DNA of 64,000 nt from Phoronis australis. Taxonomy: Eukaryota; Animalia; Phoronida. Shown here piece after piece: positions 13,205 through 27,623 of the stretch. The notes under the pieces were generated by a model. The model was not told where the DNA came from and did not search any database. It saw nothing but the letters and a program-made list of their open reading frames with translations. Every line of letters begins with the position of its first letter. Within the stretch, counting starts at the first letter, position 1. Made by a program: the position numbers and the translations under genes. Location: assembly GCA_002633005.1 (NCBI GenBank), contig NMRA01000042.1, positions 638,858-702,857 of the forward strand, in the 5' to 3' direction.

Positions 13205-16200
13205 CTTGATATATAACTTGAAGTAGAAAGTAACTAGTTACAAAACATGAATCAAAAGCACATTTTGTGCATAGAATTTAGAGAAATGTGTTTCCTGTTG
13301 TGACACATAATCATACCGTGAACAGAAGTTGATTTTCGAACAGAAAAAAAAAACGATTTTAGAACAATTTCAACAGAGAATGCAGGGTCAAATGAATGGA
13401 CACTTCACGTTGAAATAAATAGAAGATTCACAATAATTATGGCACAAGCACCGGAAAATTGTACAAAACTGCTTTTTTGTAGCAGTGTGTCTGCAAATGT
13501 ATTATAGTTAAATCTTCACCTAAGACAATGCAGCCGGTTCAACATGCCTTTCAGTTCAGAAACGTCGCCATGTTCATTGTGAGGACTTCAATCACTCAAC
13601 TGCGTGATTAAATTCTGGTGTAAACTCATAAATTTTACAGAATTTAGTGTAGATAAAGACGTGTGTTACTAAATTTTACTGTTAGAATAATTGTAAAAAC
13701 AATTTTTAAGCACTTTATATCCGTAACCAAAGTATCTTTCTTGACAGCATTTTAAGAGTAAGTTTTAAAAACAATCTTTTAAAAAACGTAAGATACCCAT
13801 TGTTGGGTCATTTTTAAAACAAAAAATGAAGAAAGCCCATTAAAGAGATTTTTGAAATTTGTTCACATATCCAAGATCAATCCAAAAACATAAATTTCAA
13901 TGTCCACGGCCACATAAACTGGCTTGTAGAAGCACTCGATTGACACCCACTTTCAACACTACATTATGGGTTTACCTCCCCTGTCACAATACTATGAAAT
14001 CATTATTCTCAATTTTATTTGGTAGTCCTCATGTCTCACTTCCTAATCCCTTTATGTTTTCTCTCATTGCATGCAATCTACCTGTTTTTTATACTGGAAA
14101 ATTGTTGTTTTCGGTATGCAAAACGTGTCACTTTCTTCCTAAACCTTTGAAGACCTATGATAGGTAAGAAACTAAAAGGTTAATAAGTGCAAAGTTGGTA
14201 ATTTTTGTATCAGAGCCACACCATGATCACAACCACAAAATTTAAGCTGAAACTGGAAAATGACCTCGAGAGTAGTTTTTTGACTTCTTTTCTCCAGGTT
14301 TTTCTATGGTTTGTTTTTCTTTTCTCGACTTCTCAGGCCCAGTTTAATCCGCCCACCTGCAAATTATTGGAGGGATACATGGCAGCGTTTTCCCGTTCAG
14401 TGACTTTACCAGACGTAGGGGGTTCTGAGCGTGTGATAACATCTAACTTCTTTGTTAACTGCCAAACACTCTTTTGTCTGTTACGACAACAACCAGGCCA
14501 ATTATCTACCAGGCTTATTACAGACCACGTGTGAACACAGTCAAACTCAGAGTGAATTGGTGTATTCGGAAAGAATAGACTGTCGTAACTTCGGTTGCAG
14601 TTGGGCGATTTTGGAGATTCAAAAACTAAACTTGATCATCATTTGACGAAGATTTCAGGAATGCTATTGGTTTATGTTTAAATATGTTATAACTTAACTT
14701 TTATTTTTAACAGCACAGCCCAGTCAGGGTAGACACGATCTTATTGGCCCTCCAACCACAAATGCCAGAATGGAATTAATCAGTCGTGTAAGATATTGGC
14801 TACAGGGGTAAACTTCCCAACTTGTTGCGCTATAGAATCGAACAAGTTGGGAGCAACGGGAAAACGCCGTAATGAGGAAGGCTTTTTACAGCTCTGAAAA
14901 GCAATGGAAGGGGGAAGGGTTTGGTTCTGACCGAATGGTTGCTAACTGGAGTAGTTTTACTAAAAAAACTGCGACAGTTTCAAAGGTACCCGAAAAGTCC
15001 TGTGACTGAATTATTGCAAAAACGTGGAGTGCTCCTGATGAGTTCCATTGGTGCAAGTAAGTCCCCAGTGGCACATCAAACCCAATGGCTACAGAGTAAG
15101 ACTACTGATTAAAACAACCATCACAATTTATTCCACACGCAGTCACTGAACAGTGGTAATTTCATGGTAAAAACCTGGAGCATAGGGTACACTTCAAAAC
15201 TATTTACTATAACAGGTGATTTGCTACAGTAAAAATATTACTTAAAATTGAATCAGGTTTAGCACCAAATTAAAGTTTTAGCTATTACTTCTTGAATTTC
15301 ATCAGCTGTGGCATACATTGTATAACTAATGATAAATTATATAAAAATCACTGACAAAGATATATCTCAAACTTTTTCATCAGCACAAGTTATCATTAAC
15401 CTTATAACATTAAGTAGAACTAAATTACAAATGACTTTACACCAAAAATATGAAACATATAAACACAAATGACACTAACATTTACTGTCCCCATACACTG
15501 GGATACCTATAAATCCAGATGGTTTTACTTTCATCTGGACAAGGCGGTCCGGTGAAATTGATGTTCACAGTATCGAATCCAGAAAATGAATGCAACGTCA
15601 AACCTGTTCCTACCCTCAGCCTAGCAAGGCAGAGCAAACATATACCGTTCACAACAACATCAAAAGGTATGCGTGGTAGAGACTTGATTGTCCAATACAA
15701 CTGAAATAGCTCATGTTACATTACAACAGAACAATACTAAAACTACATAACATGGGGTAAACGTGAACTAATGTTCTAAATAAACACAGCCTTTGATAAA
15801 GTACGTGACATGTTCACAAAAATATAACAAAATCTAAGTAAATTCACCTCCTGCATACAGCACCATATTTCAAAAACTAGGCATAATGTTTACAGAAACA
15901 AAATAATTACGTTTTTCCCATTAAACTTTCACCAACAACAGGACAACATTTTGCAATAAGAGAAAAATGGTACGGAAGATAATGCACTTTTTCTGAGACT
16001 AACATCCAATAAACTTATTGCCAAAACATCTGGTAACAAATAAATAGTAACAGAAAATAATATCAAACTTCTTTCACAAGTAAAATATAGAAGGGCATCC
16101 TGGATAATTTCCGATGAAACCCAACTTCAAAAGTAGCTGACACTTTGCAGATGTAGACAAATATTAAAACTGCAACAACGCACAATAACCAACGGTTGTA

Positions 16201-18232
16201 AAACCTAAAAAGCTCAGTAAACAGGCTATGAGATTCTTTTCAAGTTCATTACAATTATCTGGCAAAGTAAACTAGAAAACTAAAGCATGCAGATGTTTGT
16301 GAACAATGAGTATCACTATAAATATAAATGTAGATAACATATAAACATTTAAACCAATTTTCACAAAATCAGAAACACTTAACATTTTTAAACAACAACT
16401 CAAGTATAATGTAAATACTTTACACTCTACCATAATATAACATAACATAACATTTCACACAACACAACACAGCATTAAAAAGACAATAAAGCCATGTTTG
16501 GCTGTAAAAATAACTTTTGATTTAGATCACTTTCTGCTATAAAATTGGTTTCAACTTGTTCCTAACTCAGTTGAGGAATGATTGATGACCTACAGTATTG
16601 CTAGAGAATATGCTTGATGCACAAATTACATGCCAAGACAAAAATAGCAGGATTTAAAAGAGAAGCTTCACTACTCACCAAAGCTTCGTTGTAGTGGGAA
16701 CACCAAAAGCGAAGCTTTGTCAAAGATATCGGTAAAGATCACAACAACAATGTATGATCACACAAGACTCACAAAATGTATTCTTTGTTATTATAGCGTA
16801 GCTGACGTGCTCTCAATAGACAGAGGTAAGTAAATAAAAGAAAGTATACTTGATGAAGAATGAAATTGATCATTTTCACATACACTCGTAAATGGCAGAC
16901 GAATAATTTTCAATTAGCCTCGAACCCAGTACGAATGAAATGTGTCGTCTGTTGTCATAGCGATAACTTTGATATCTCTGTTAAGTGGGAAAGGTAAGTA
17001 AAGTTTCGGCAAAGCTTCGCTAGACTGAAGTTCCCCTAATGGGAAAGCGACCCAACTGCTTACATGTGAATTTAATGAAATGCGGCATATGGGTTGCCAA
17101 CATGATCCAATTAACAGTAATTAAATTACTTTATCCAGTTGCAATATAACAGTACTTTACCCTGTCATAGGTGAAGTAATCACTTTTTATTTGCAACATG
17201 AACTATTCCATATTCAGATGGATAAATTAAGTGACGAATATATGTTAAGACCTCATTAACATAGCTAAAGACGTACGCATTGTTAGAATTAATGACTAGG
17301 TTTCCCAATGATATTTCTGAAGTGCGAATTAGGTGTTTAATTTCCCATCAAGTAGCCTTGTGTGAAATAAGTGACGGCCAAAACTACTATTCCAAATACT
17401 TTTGGGTATAGAAAATGAGATGACTATGCTAAAGAAGCAGAGAATTACTGTAAGTGTCCTAAATCAAATTATTTTTACGGTAGGCCAGATTATAGCCACT
17501 TAAACATAATACATGCATCAGATTTTCAGTATCCTACAAGTAAACACATTACACATAAAGGTCTTAGCACCACAGGGGAGGGTTAAAAAACAAAAAAAAC
17601 AATTGACATCTAACTCTGGGTCAAACAACTGCACAGAAACACAATAACTTAAATAATCATGTCAGAAAGTATCAAACTGTTGTAAAAAGCTAATATCCAC
17701 TGGAAGAAACACTCAAACAAAATTCAAATGTGAGCAGACATCAATCAAAATTGGTAAAGCTTTATTACAGTACTGTATTCATCAGGGATTAGCTTTTTCC
17801 TTTTAAATGTCTACGTTCAGTTTACGTAATTCGTTAGCATTCACAGTCTTTTCACATTTTGTAAAAAAAATTTCAACGTCCACTTTCAACCCTTAAGTTT
17901 TCGATTAACTGAAAAATTCTTAAATAATACCTTAAAACATTGCTCAATATTTTATAATCACATGACCGCCAATATTACTTTGAACATTAATTTCTAAAAA
18001 CTTGAATTGGGAGCAACTTAGAGCTTAAACTATATTCTTATTATAAATACGCGGGAAATCGTATCTCAGATTTTTAATTTACCATCAAAATTGCCCATCA
18101 AAATCCATTCAGAATATTGCAGCAAGATTTCAAATTTGACAGCAGAGATCGTTGTTGTTTGAAGAAAAATAAAACAACTTAGGCATGTTCCCTTTGCCGT
18201 AGAACACAAAATGAGTGGGCACAATTTCACTC

Positions 18233-18310
18233 ATATTGACCCACATATCAAAGAGATATTGACCCACATATTAAAGAGATATTGACCCACGTATTAAAGA
18301 GATATTGACT
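18233..18310. repeat. 23-bp tandem repeat, about 3.3 copies
   Basis: Unit atattgacccacatat(c/t)aaagag. Confidence 0.85.
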
Positions 18311-18935
18311 TGTAAAACTGCAAAAATTGATGATAATCAAAAGGCCAAAAAATGACTGATAAACATTTGCCACTTAAATTGAAATCAATTGAAGCCACCT
18401 TGTTCAACAAATTCATATTTGGTGATAATCAATGCATCCAAAGTAATGTTATAAGTGGTAATGAAAAATATAGACATATCTATATAAAATATGTGAATTC
18501 CATTTGTTATATGTCTACTATGGCCAACAATTACCTCAGTGTACACCCTCAATTTATGCACTGAGGACTGCTTGGTCATGAATAACAAACAACACGTTGT
18601 CTTGACAATTTGCAAGTTGCTAACCCTAATCGGCTGTTTTGGGTAAAATCCTTCGCTCTTTAATAATTGAGCACAGTTTAACGGCCACACACTGATTACA
18701 GTAAATGCCTTGCAAATAACCCTGGTTGAATACAGTACTCCTCAGTGGATAGTGCAATGATGCAGACCACGAATCAAAATTAAACAAAATACCACACAGT
18801 TTGTTTTTCTTTGTGTTTAAGGACACGTGAAAAAGACACCGAAATTTCTTTAAAAATCAGAATGCTATGTAGTGGTTGCACATTGTAATGGGGCGATCAC
18901 TGTGTACTCTATACTTATTTAATAGGGAAGACGGA

Positions 18936-19176
18936 AGGAAGAAGTCTTCATTCAGGCTCTAACAGTACGTGTCAACAGACAATCATGGGGTCCTGGATGA
19001 GTGCTCTTAAGATCTGAATTAGGGGAGACTACTTTAGTCTATCAGGAAGAACTCTTCATTCAGGCTCTAACAGCACGCGTCAACAGACAACCATTAGGTC
19101 CTGGATGAGTGCTCTTGGGACCTGAATAAGGGGAGACCACTCTAGTCTATCAGGAAGAACTCTTCATTCAGGCTCT
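18936..19176. repeat. 108-bp tandem duplication (~2.2 copies) covering the clavesin stop codon
   Basis: ggaagaa(c/g)tcttcattcaggctct at about 18937, 19045 and 19153. Confidence 0.85.
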
Positions 19177-19247
19177 GACTTCTGATAGCTCCGTCATGTT
19201 TGTCATAGTTTGAAGAACCTTGGAGAAGAGTATCAGAATTCACTTGT
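19142..19247 (-). CDS. CLVS: Clavesin-like terminal coding exon (...[15 protein letters not shown])
   Basis: Acceptor ttttttcag at 19249-19248, phase 2 compatible. RSQS and the hydrophobic-Asp C-terminus resemble the vertebrate clavesin tail (RSQS...LLALD, from recall). Confidence 0.7.
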
Positions 19248-22200
19248 CTGAAAAAATATTATTATACTGTTATAGGTACACTAACTTATTTTGCATTAAA
19301 CTATAACATAACATTTTAATTTTGTTATGATTATCAACACACAAAATCTACTTGTTATAATGGTTACAGCTACACAGGTATCACAAAGTTTGACTTATTG
19401 TTGTGTAACAAAGAACTGAAGAATATAACACACAACAAATTAGATGTTGAAGTGACTTGCTAACAAGTTTGGAGCTTTAATTCATTACAGATTAAGGTTA
19501 ATCGTCAACCTCAATGAAATTCAGTCATCAAGTATCCTTTTTGCAGTAACTGAACATTGCCAATCCATAAAAATAGAACATTTTCCAAATACTTGGTGAC
19601 CCATTGATCACAAAAGATATCATTGTTGTTGCCAGCATAAATTTTAGAAAAAAATCAAACTACAAACACGTGCCTTGTTTGAGGCGGACATTAAATTCAG
19701 TTTGTTTTTTCACATTGCTGACCATAAACTATTCTGCAAAGTTAATCATACATATTTCTGCACAGTGCCTTTGCCTAGGTTAGTTCATAGTTTAAATCAA
19801 GACCTATTTACTGGAGCTCAAGCTTGTTACTTGCCGGAATCAAAATCACTACCTGACACAAACTAGTTCGCTTTCTTCAGGCCAGAAAATTTGATGTTCA
19901 CCAAAGCTTATGTTGTTATCACCAATCAGTTGATTCATCCAGGTGGCGCTGTTGTATGGTGGCCCACTACCACCAAGTTCTGATGGTAGCGCCGCCTTAT
20001 GAACATGCATGTACAAAGTTGACAAGTTGTTACCATGCATGTAGATCTGAAATGATCAATGGATAGTTATATAAGCCAAGCATGGGAATTACAAATTATT
20101 ATTACTACACAGTCGTCTTGATGTTGTAAGAAAAGCAGTTCACTAAAATTGACATTTTCCAAAAATTTGTTACACTACATCTCATATTGTTTGATGAGTG
20201 CTGTACAGTGAAGCGAAGTAAATTTTTCTTTCTCATTCAGAGCTCACTGACAGCAAGTGTTAACACAAAATTCTTGCACCTCATTGTCCGTGGTTTATTA
20301 CATACCCACCATCAGAAAGCTTTATATCGTTAGGCTGAACTCTGCCTAGGTGGACAATTCATGTCTGCCAAAATGAAAGTTAGTCACAGTTTTATGACAG
20401 GCTAGTCAGGAGAATACACAAACCCAATTGCAGACTCAGCTAGTTAAGTAACTATGCACATATTGTATTATGCACCAATCTAGACCCAAATCTTTTTTGT
20501 AAAGTACGGTGCTTTTGAGTTTTTGTCCACCAGGCTTGGTAGTGAGAGATATGTGTTTAATAAGAAACTTGATAAAACATTCCTTTTTCTACCAGGACCA
20601 TGCTGTGTTCTAAAGTGAAGAAACTTTATGGCAAAATGCTTTACAAGAAGCACGGGATCAAAGCTGAGCTGACGACCATCCTTACATGGTTGTTTGTAAG
20701 AAACAAATACCTTTTCAAGTGCTACGTACCAGAGGGGATTATAATACCTAAGTTTAGTTAGTGACCAGCACTAGTTGTATTATGTAGAGGTTTGAAAGGA
20801 TACTGAACGCCATGTTATCTTGAACAGATACTTCACTTCTCTTAATTTGTAACAAAAAAAGTTCTGTAACCCCCTTCAACTCTCAAAGTTTTGAAGTAAG
20901 TTTCAAAACTCCTCTGAAATCAGTAGTTTGACTAAAATTATTGAGCTAGTTCATCAACAACTATTAGCGAAGAGAGTGCATCTCCAACTTAAGGGTCCAT
21001 CTAGCACCACAACAAGAACATGAAGCAATTCCTACACTAACAATTGGGGTTTTGTTACCCCAACGTCTAAGCAAGTTTACGCCAGACTGACCAAACGTCC
21101 TAAATCATCCACAAACCAATGCATTGCTGAAGAAATATATTCACTAATATTATAAAGCACTGATTTCAAAAATTCGAAAATGGTTAATATTTACCTTTCA
21201 AATTTAAGAACATTCGTTGGTCGTTTGCCAAACTTATTCTTTGTTTTTTCACTTTGAAACTAGTATGCTAAGCAGGTGCATTGTTTACAACAGCAATTGC
21301 CTCAATCAATACACATTCAGCCAAGCCTATGAACAGCGACTAGCTCTGCACCCGGACGGCGGTATCAAGCTTTTGATGTGCTGACAAATTCACCGAGTAC
21401 TCTGGGGTGAACAAAGCACGGTTTCTCGTCCACTTGCGTGCAAATCCTGTTAGAGTTAGATTTGCCTTACGAATGTTTTAGTTGCGTGACTTTATCTCTC
21501 ATGGTAGCTAATGCAACCAGCTTAGGGTAAAACCACTGAAACAGGACTTGATGTCCTTTTAAAATAGAGAATATCTGCGTGGGTAAATACCAAAACATGG
21601 TAAATCAGGTGGTAATACACTATATCTAGCACTTTGAGGCTCAACTGCCACGTGAAAAAAGAAAACGCAATTTGTTGACCATTACGTACCATTCACCTGG
21701 ACTGTTAAAACCAAGAAATTTCCAACATCACCATGTGATCTAAAATCACGCTCGATTAAACTTGACAAACAGGCCTACTGTATTGATACACAAAATTGAA
21801 GTAGTAAGCAGGTCAGAGCTTACAGTCACACCAATGAATGAGCAGTTAAATCTAATTTCTCTGAAAGTCTAGAGTTTTTCTCCATTGAAAGTTCTTTGGT
21901 GATAGTATTTCATAAACAGCACATCTTCTTCAGCACATTTGTTGAACGTCCTTAAGAAAATAAATACTGGTTAGTGTCAAACGCGCTGGACTACAAACTT
22001 TGGTTTGACAATTCTCTCCATGCTATCACTGTCAAACTGATATTGACACAGCTATAACCCGAGCTTTCGATTCGCAAAATCTGGAAACTCACGCTGCAGT
22101 GCGGGAACTTAACATTATTTGAAACATTAGGACTTAGTTTATCTTGTAATTTTTACATGGTGCACTGAAAGATCTCAACACTCAGTACGTAGTTTTAAAT

Positions 22201-24758
22201 CACCAAGAAATCTCAACGCCAGAATAATAGAAAGAAAACAGGTCAAAACTGAAATGTTACCTCACCCAGTGGCATATCCTGCTGAATATGACTAATGAGG
22301 CTTTTCTAAACATTAACATTATAAAGTATGCTCTCAGATTCACAAGTTGTGGTGGTCCAAAATGCAGTAAAATAGTTTTCTTTTTTGATACTTCACTTTG
22401 TTCTGAGAACCACTGTTTTAAAAAAGCAAATGACAGGTGATGTCATAATAGATACTGAAATGTGACAAAAAAAAACACAAATATCAAATTCCGACTAATG
22501 AAACCATACCTTTTCCTTAGTCTTGTCTTTCAAAAATGGTCTCATAACCTTAAATGCAGCTTCGATATACCAAGGTTGATTTATAAAGTGAACGCTTCCA
22601 AATCTTGCAGGAAAACAGTCCTGAAAAGAAAACAAATACTGTGACTGTATCGACTTTACTGTTATTACAAAAACTTAGGTTTCAACCCCAGACTGCAGTG
22701 ATTTCTAAATCAAGGCTAGTCCAAATCATCACATCTACCGGTAGTTCATGGTGAAGTGCAAACGTGCCCTTTTGTACAGCATCAGGACTCGCAGGTCATA
22801 TAACTACCACAGTTCAAAGAGTCTGCCTTAAAAACATGCATTTCATAAACGGGTATCACAGAACTGATATCTAATGCATCTATGATGGCTAATTTATAGT
22901 TTATTTCTTCCAGCAAAAATGACCCAAAAGTAACATTTAAACAAAGAGTTCATTTCATAAGACAAACAGTCCGAAACCAGTTTTAGTCCACTATATATCA
23001 AAAACAGGCCAGCCTGGTGACACAACAATGACCTACCCATGAGTACATAGAAAATCAGTTGTTGGTTTTCTTTCTTTGAGTTACATACTCTGAATATGAT
23101 TAACATGACAGTTTGAGGACAAAATGCAGTTTTAGTAGTGCATCTATATTTGTATGGGAAAGCACCATCGTCTCCATGTGAAACCTATTTGCTTAATTAC
23201 ATGACAATCCATCAAGGAAATCTGAAGGTACAGCTCTAGTCAAGCATAAAAATACAAATAAATAAAATTTCCACTTCACAGCAGTAGTTAGATCCTCTTG
23301 AAAGAAGATACCATCTGTTGTCACACAGTTGCCAAAGAAAACAAAGAACCTACAAAGACTTTTAAAGGAGATGCAACCATAGAAACAAATCAAATCGCCA
23401 TAATGGGTACCATTTGAAAATCAACATCAGACATGGTCTTCTCAGCAGAAATACACCTGCAAATTTCCATTACACTCTCATGAGCGGTTTGGCAGATAGA
23501 GACGTGGATGCCATCAAATTTATTGATAATAAAATGGACACTGGAGGGGGGGCCAAAGTCTGTCAAGTAAATTCAAAATCAAGATGTCGTTGACGTCTCA
23601 ACAGAAAACACATTTCCCGAACTTTGTAAAAACCCATCAAGGAACTGGGCAGATAAAGACAAACACAAAAAAATAAATTTGCTACAAGGGGTACACCAGC
23701 GGACGGATAGGTCCGAAAATCACCATCAACCGTCGCCAGCCTCATAGAAAAACACCTGTCAAATTTCATGAAGATCCTGGAAGCAGTAGACAATGGACGT
23801 AGGATACTGGGTACCCAGTCAGAGATGATGACAATATGTGCATTTTCAAATGTTTGCTGTTTCATAGCTTTTGGTTTTTAAAATTAAGAGGATAAATGTT
23901 AATGGAGGCTGCAACTGTAAAAAAAAAATTGGAGAGGGCCTTGAACTCAAGTCATGCCAAGAGGCATAATATTTGTGTACCTGAAGTCCTTCAATAATCA
24001 ACTTGATTATATTTGGTTTCAGCCACGTTGACTGTCGAAATGTGAATCCACTCCAGTCCACGACAACAAGGAATCCGTTAATTTGAGTTTCTTCTTCTTC
24101 AATTAACTTTTCAAGAGTGATCAGCAAAGCTCGATAAATCGACGTTAAGCTACAAAGGAAACAACAAAAATAAAAAAATTCGCTCTGGCATTATCCGGGA
24201 ATACTCAAAATCTTTCAAAACAAGGACATAACCAACAGAGAACAAAACAAAATTTCTACTATCACTAAACCATAGTGTTGTTTAAGCACTTAAATATTTC
24301 ATCATTACTGCGTTAAACATTTAATAATTGGTGGTTTTCTTAACTATGTACTAAAATGTTACGAAAATATACACAATGTACCCATCTCTTTACAATCAAT
24401 GGCATTTTAAACAATGAAGGCAGAAAGCTTTACGTAAAAGCACGACTGGATGCATTAAGTCCACAGTCACCTGTATAGGCCACTACATTTACCTACCTAT
24501 ATTGATTAATATCCCAGTTCAACGCATACAAAAGAATAAGTCTCCGTCCACATCCATCACAGGTGCCCAGAACTCCAGGTAGTGCATCGGACAAAGCATA
24601 GCGGACACCTTGCTCAGCAGCATAGAATTTCTCAAAAAGAGCCTTGTGGGACTGTCTGTAGCCAAAGTATTGAGCACAAAGTTTGAAGGATTCGAGTGTG
24701 TTGAACTTTCGTGCCCGCAAGAAACGAAGAAGGAAGGCGTCATCTTTTCTTCTAAAAA
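19142..24758 (-). CDS. CLVS: Clavesin-like CRAL-TRIO/Sec14 protein, spliced and 5'-partial (exons 24758-24497, 24149-23981, 22620-22510, 20046-19853, 19247-19142)
   Basis: Five GT-AG-bounded exons join in frame: [18 protein letters not shown]...[21 protein letters not shown]...[18 protein letters not shown]...[24 protein letters not shown]...[14 protein letters not shown]...[12 protein letters not shown].../...[13 protein letters not shown]. This closely matches clavesin-1/2 as recalled from memory. The N-terminal exon was not found. Confidence 0.88.
19853..20046 (-). CDS. CLVS: Clavesin-like exon (IYMHGNNL...[12 protein letters not shown])
   Basis: Acceptor atttcag. Putative donor AG|GTAGTG; if unspliced, the frame stops at 19849. 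Confidence 0.85.
21030..21530 (+). repeat. Dispersed repeat in a clavesin intron; second copy at 48820-49300
   Basis: Colinear matches such as tttcactttgaaactagtatgctaagcaggtg and tactctggggt..cacttgc.tgcaaa...agatttgcct. Confidence 0.7.
22510..22620 (-). CDS. CLVS: Clavesin-like exon ([37 protein letters not shown])
   Basis: Acceptor ttcttttcag, donor AAG|GTATGG; 111 nt, phase 0/0. Not shown in the ORF track. Confidence 0.9.
23981..24149 (-). CDS. CLVS: Clavesin-like exon ([18 protein letters not shown])
   Basis: Acceptor ctttgtag, donor CAG|GTACAC; phase matches both neighbours. Confidence 0.9.
24497..24758 (-). CDS. CLVS: Clavesin-like exon (CRAL-TRIO N-terminal part, [14 protein letters not shown])
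   Basis: Acceptor ttctcatag (AG at 24760-24759; an alternative AG lies at 24753-24752). Donor AG|GTAGGT at 24497/24496. Confidence 0.88.
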
Positions 24759-26289
24759 CTATGAGAAACAGAATTTGGACAAGAATTAAAAGTGTGAATA
24801 TGAAAACTTCAATAACTTAAATTGAAGAAAGTTCTGCAGTTCTAACAGGACAGTCAAAGGAAGAAGATGATACACTCAGTCCAGAATTCAAATTCAAAAA
24901 GACGATTGACCTAGCTGTAGATTTTCATTGAAAATAATTCACAAGCATTTTTCATATTTCATATACTAAATAAATTGATCGCAATGTCCTTGGTTTCGAA
25001 ACTCATACTTTCACTGTGTAAAAAATTTGCACGGACGGTTGATTTTTAATGTGTCTAGAATGACTTAAGGCATGAATTCAATTAACAGAGCAAGTCATTT
25101 TTTAACAGGTCACTTCATCCTTTTTTCAGTAGAATTCGAAGTACAGGGCATTTCTGATAAAGCAATCTGGGCACTTTTTCATATAAAATTTCTTCAAGTC
25201 ATTTTCTGTTCCCAAGGCAGCGCCCTGGGCAGTTTTTCGTTAACTTTATTTTGCTGCCCCATTAAAGCAATCTGATACCTTTGAAATGACCCAGAAGTAG
25301 AACATGTTGATGAGTACATGGGGTTTGGTTATGTAAAGCTCGCTCATTTTATGTCCACACTAATTTCAAAGACGGCTCAAGATTTTCAAAAAAGATGCAA
25401 AACGTTTCAAACACGGTGCAGCGAGATGTTTGAATACACGTGACAACAACACTGTGTCTATTTTATGATAAAATGAAAAAATAAGTTTCTCTTGTCAGTC
25501 TTAACCTAAATTGGTAAAATTTTACCATAAATCATGATATTCAACTTGTATCAGAACTAAGGCAAGAAATTTTAAGTTAATATGCCCGTTGTTCTCACTG
25601 ATTACATGTTTTATCAATTATTCACTGACATCTACTTCTCAACCTTCATTGGTTAAAATTTGACTCGTATTTGCTGCTTCAGATATTCAGATGTTTAGTG
25701 ATGATGTGTCATGGCAGTAGATGATGCGATTTGGAATCGGAAATGAGAAAGAGACAGGACGTCACACTGGGTCCAAAATGTCATAATGTCAAAATTTCGT
25801 CTTGCTAAACATTCCTATAGTCTTGCTTTGGTACCCATTAGCTGTAGTTAGAGGAATTTGCAAGGTTCACTCCATTTCCCTGCCATCAGGGCTGAACCCG
25901 TTCCTGTCTTCATAGCCATGTGAATTTTCATGAGTCTTCATAGCCATGTGAGTTTATACTTTTTCCTTTTTGACACTTTTGTGTATATTTGGAAATCTGT
26001 GACTGGATTATTGATCTGTTCACTGGGATGTATAGGGTCTAAGGACATTTGGCTGTACACTGCAATACTATAAATAAAGCGGCATTTCCGTTTATGTCAC
26101 AGCAAGTCTTTGTAAGTTTGATCAAGGAACTGGCAAAAATTCAATTATTAACTTCCAAATGAATTATGAACACGAAAGGTATGGTTTCTTTAGAGACAAT
26201 TTAGAAAAAAACATAATATGCAGAAAAAGTAGAAGGAACTTGCAAAACCGATCTTGGGTCAAACAGCAGATTATATGCTTTCCAATTTT

Positions 26290-26612
26290 GTTAGCGTGGC
26301 ACTTTTTTACATGGATTACACGCTTTCAAAGTTAGCGTGGCGGCTTTTACACGTCTGCAATTTTAGCGTGTCTCACTCTTACAGTTGCTTTACACGTTAA
26401 CGTGTCAAAATTTTACACGTGTGACATGTAACGTGGCATATTTTTACTAGTTTTATACATTTGACACGTTGGCGTGTCACAATTTTACGCATTTGATAGG
26501 TAAGATGGCACATTTTTACACGCTTTACACGTTTTAAACATTAGTGTGTCAAAACTTTACACGTTTGACACATAACATGGCTCATTTTTACACGTTTGAC
26601 ACGTTACCATGT
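26290..26612. repeat. Degenerate minisatellite of TTTTACACG / GCGTGTCA units
   Basis: About ten units like ttttacacgtttgacacgttagcgtgtcaaaa. Confidence 0.75.
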
Positions 26613-27623
26613 CAGAATTTTCTGTACTTGTTTTTCTAAGATCAAATTTCAACATGTAGCAATGTGCTAGGACTTATTTTTCAGCCATGTATTTAACATT
26701 TTTCATGAAATCACAGAGTTGGTAATGTAATACAAATTAAATTCAAATCTGTAACTGGTTTGTATATAACTTTATAGTAAATATATTTTATGTGAAAGTA
26801 AAATGTTTATTTCAAAAGTAATGTGCAAAAATCAGAGAGCTGTAATGGGCTTAAAGCTATTTATCGACGACATGCACAAGACAATAACTCACGGATCAGC
26901 TACAATATATGTAACAGTTGTTTTTACAAAAATGAGCCTTTGGAAAAATTTTAAAAACCTGATAAAAATCATTATTAAAAAAGCACTTTACTGACAACTA
27001 GAATAGGGGTATAATTGATGAACAAGGAGATGGGGGTGAAATCCTGTAGTGCCTCTTTGAAAACCATTGTTTGTATTCATGATTTAGGGCATACATTTTG
27101 GGTTTTCAAAACGGAATTAGTTTATGTTCGACATATTTTCAGAAAATGATAGGTGCGTCGCAAGCTCCGTTTCCAGAGATAAAAAGGAGACTGTATAGAG
27201 GCAAAATAAAGGTCATTTATTATGACTGATAAGGTACAGAAATATGAGTGGAAAATAATATTAAGTAAACATAAAATAACAATATGTGGAAAGATGGGCA
27301 ATAAAAAGCACCACAAGAGATGTTGTAGACAGCTCATGCCATATCATTTTCGTGATTGCACAAGATAAAACCATGGAGTGAATGGAGTTCACAGATTGGT
27401 TCACTTAAGGAAGGAGTCACAACCACACCTGACTTATATTACAATTTGAAGTTTGAAATTGCAGACTGACAAATTTGGCACTGCGAGGGACATAAACATA
27501 AAGACACAAAACAGATATAAACATCTAGTAATCAACATAATACATACTTTATTGGTAACACTGGCATGTACTACTCACAAATATTTTGTCCTCATCAAAC
27601 ATGATTAGGGTCCCTCTAAATTA

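Noticed and set aside
15482-15700. 72-aa ORF after a tttcag acceptor-like site
   Set aside because: No recognisable domain or partner exon; it lies in UTR-like sequence downstream of the clavesin stop.
25695-25712. ATG ACA CAT (MTH, like the clavesin-2 start) on the minus strand
   Set aside because: The frame stops after five codons, so it is not the missing first exon.
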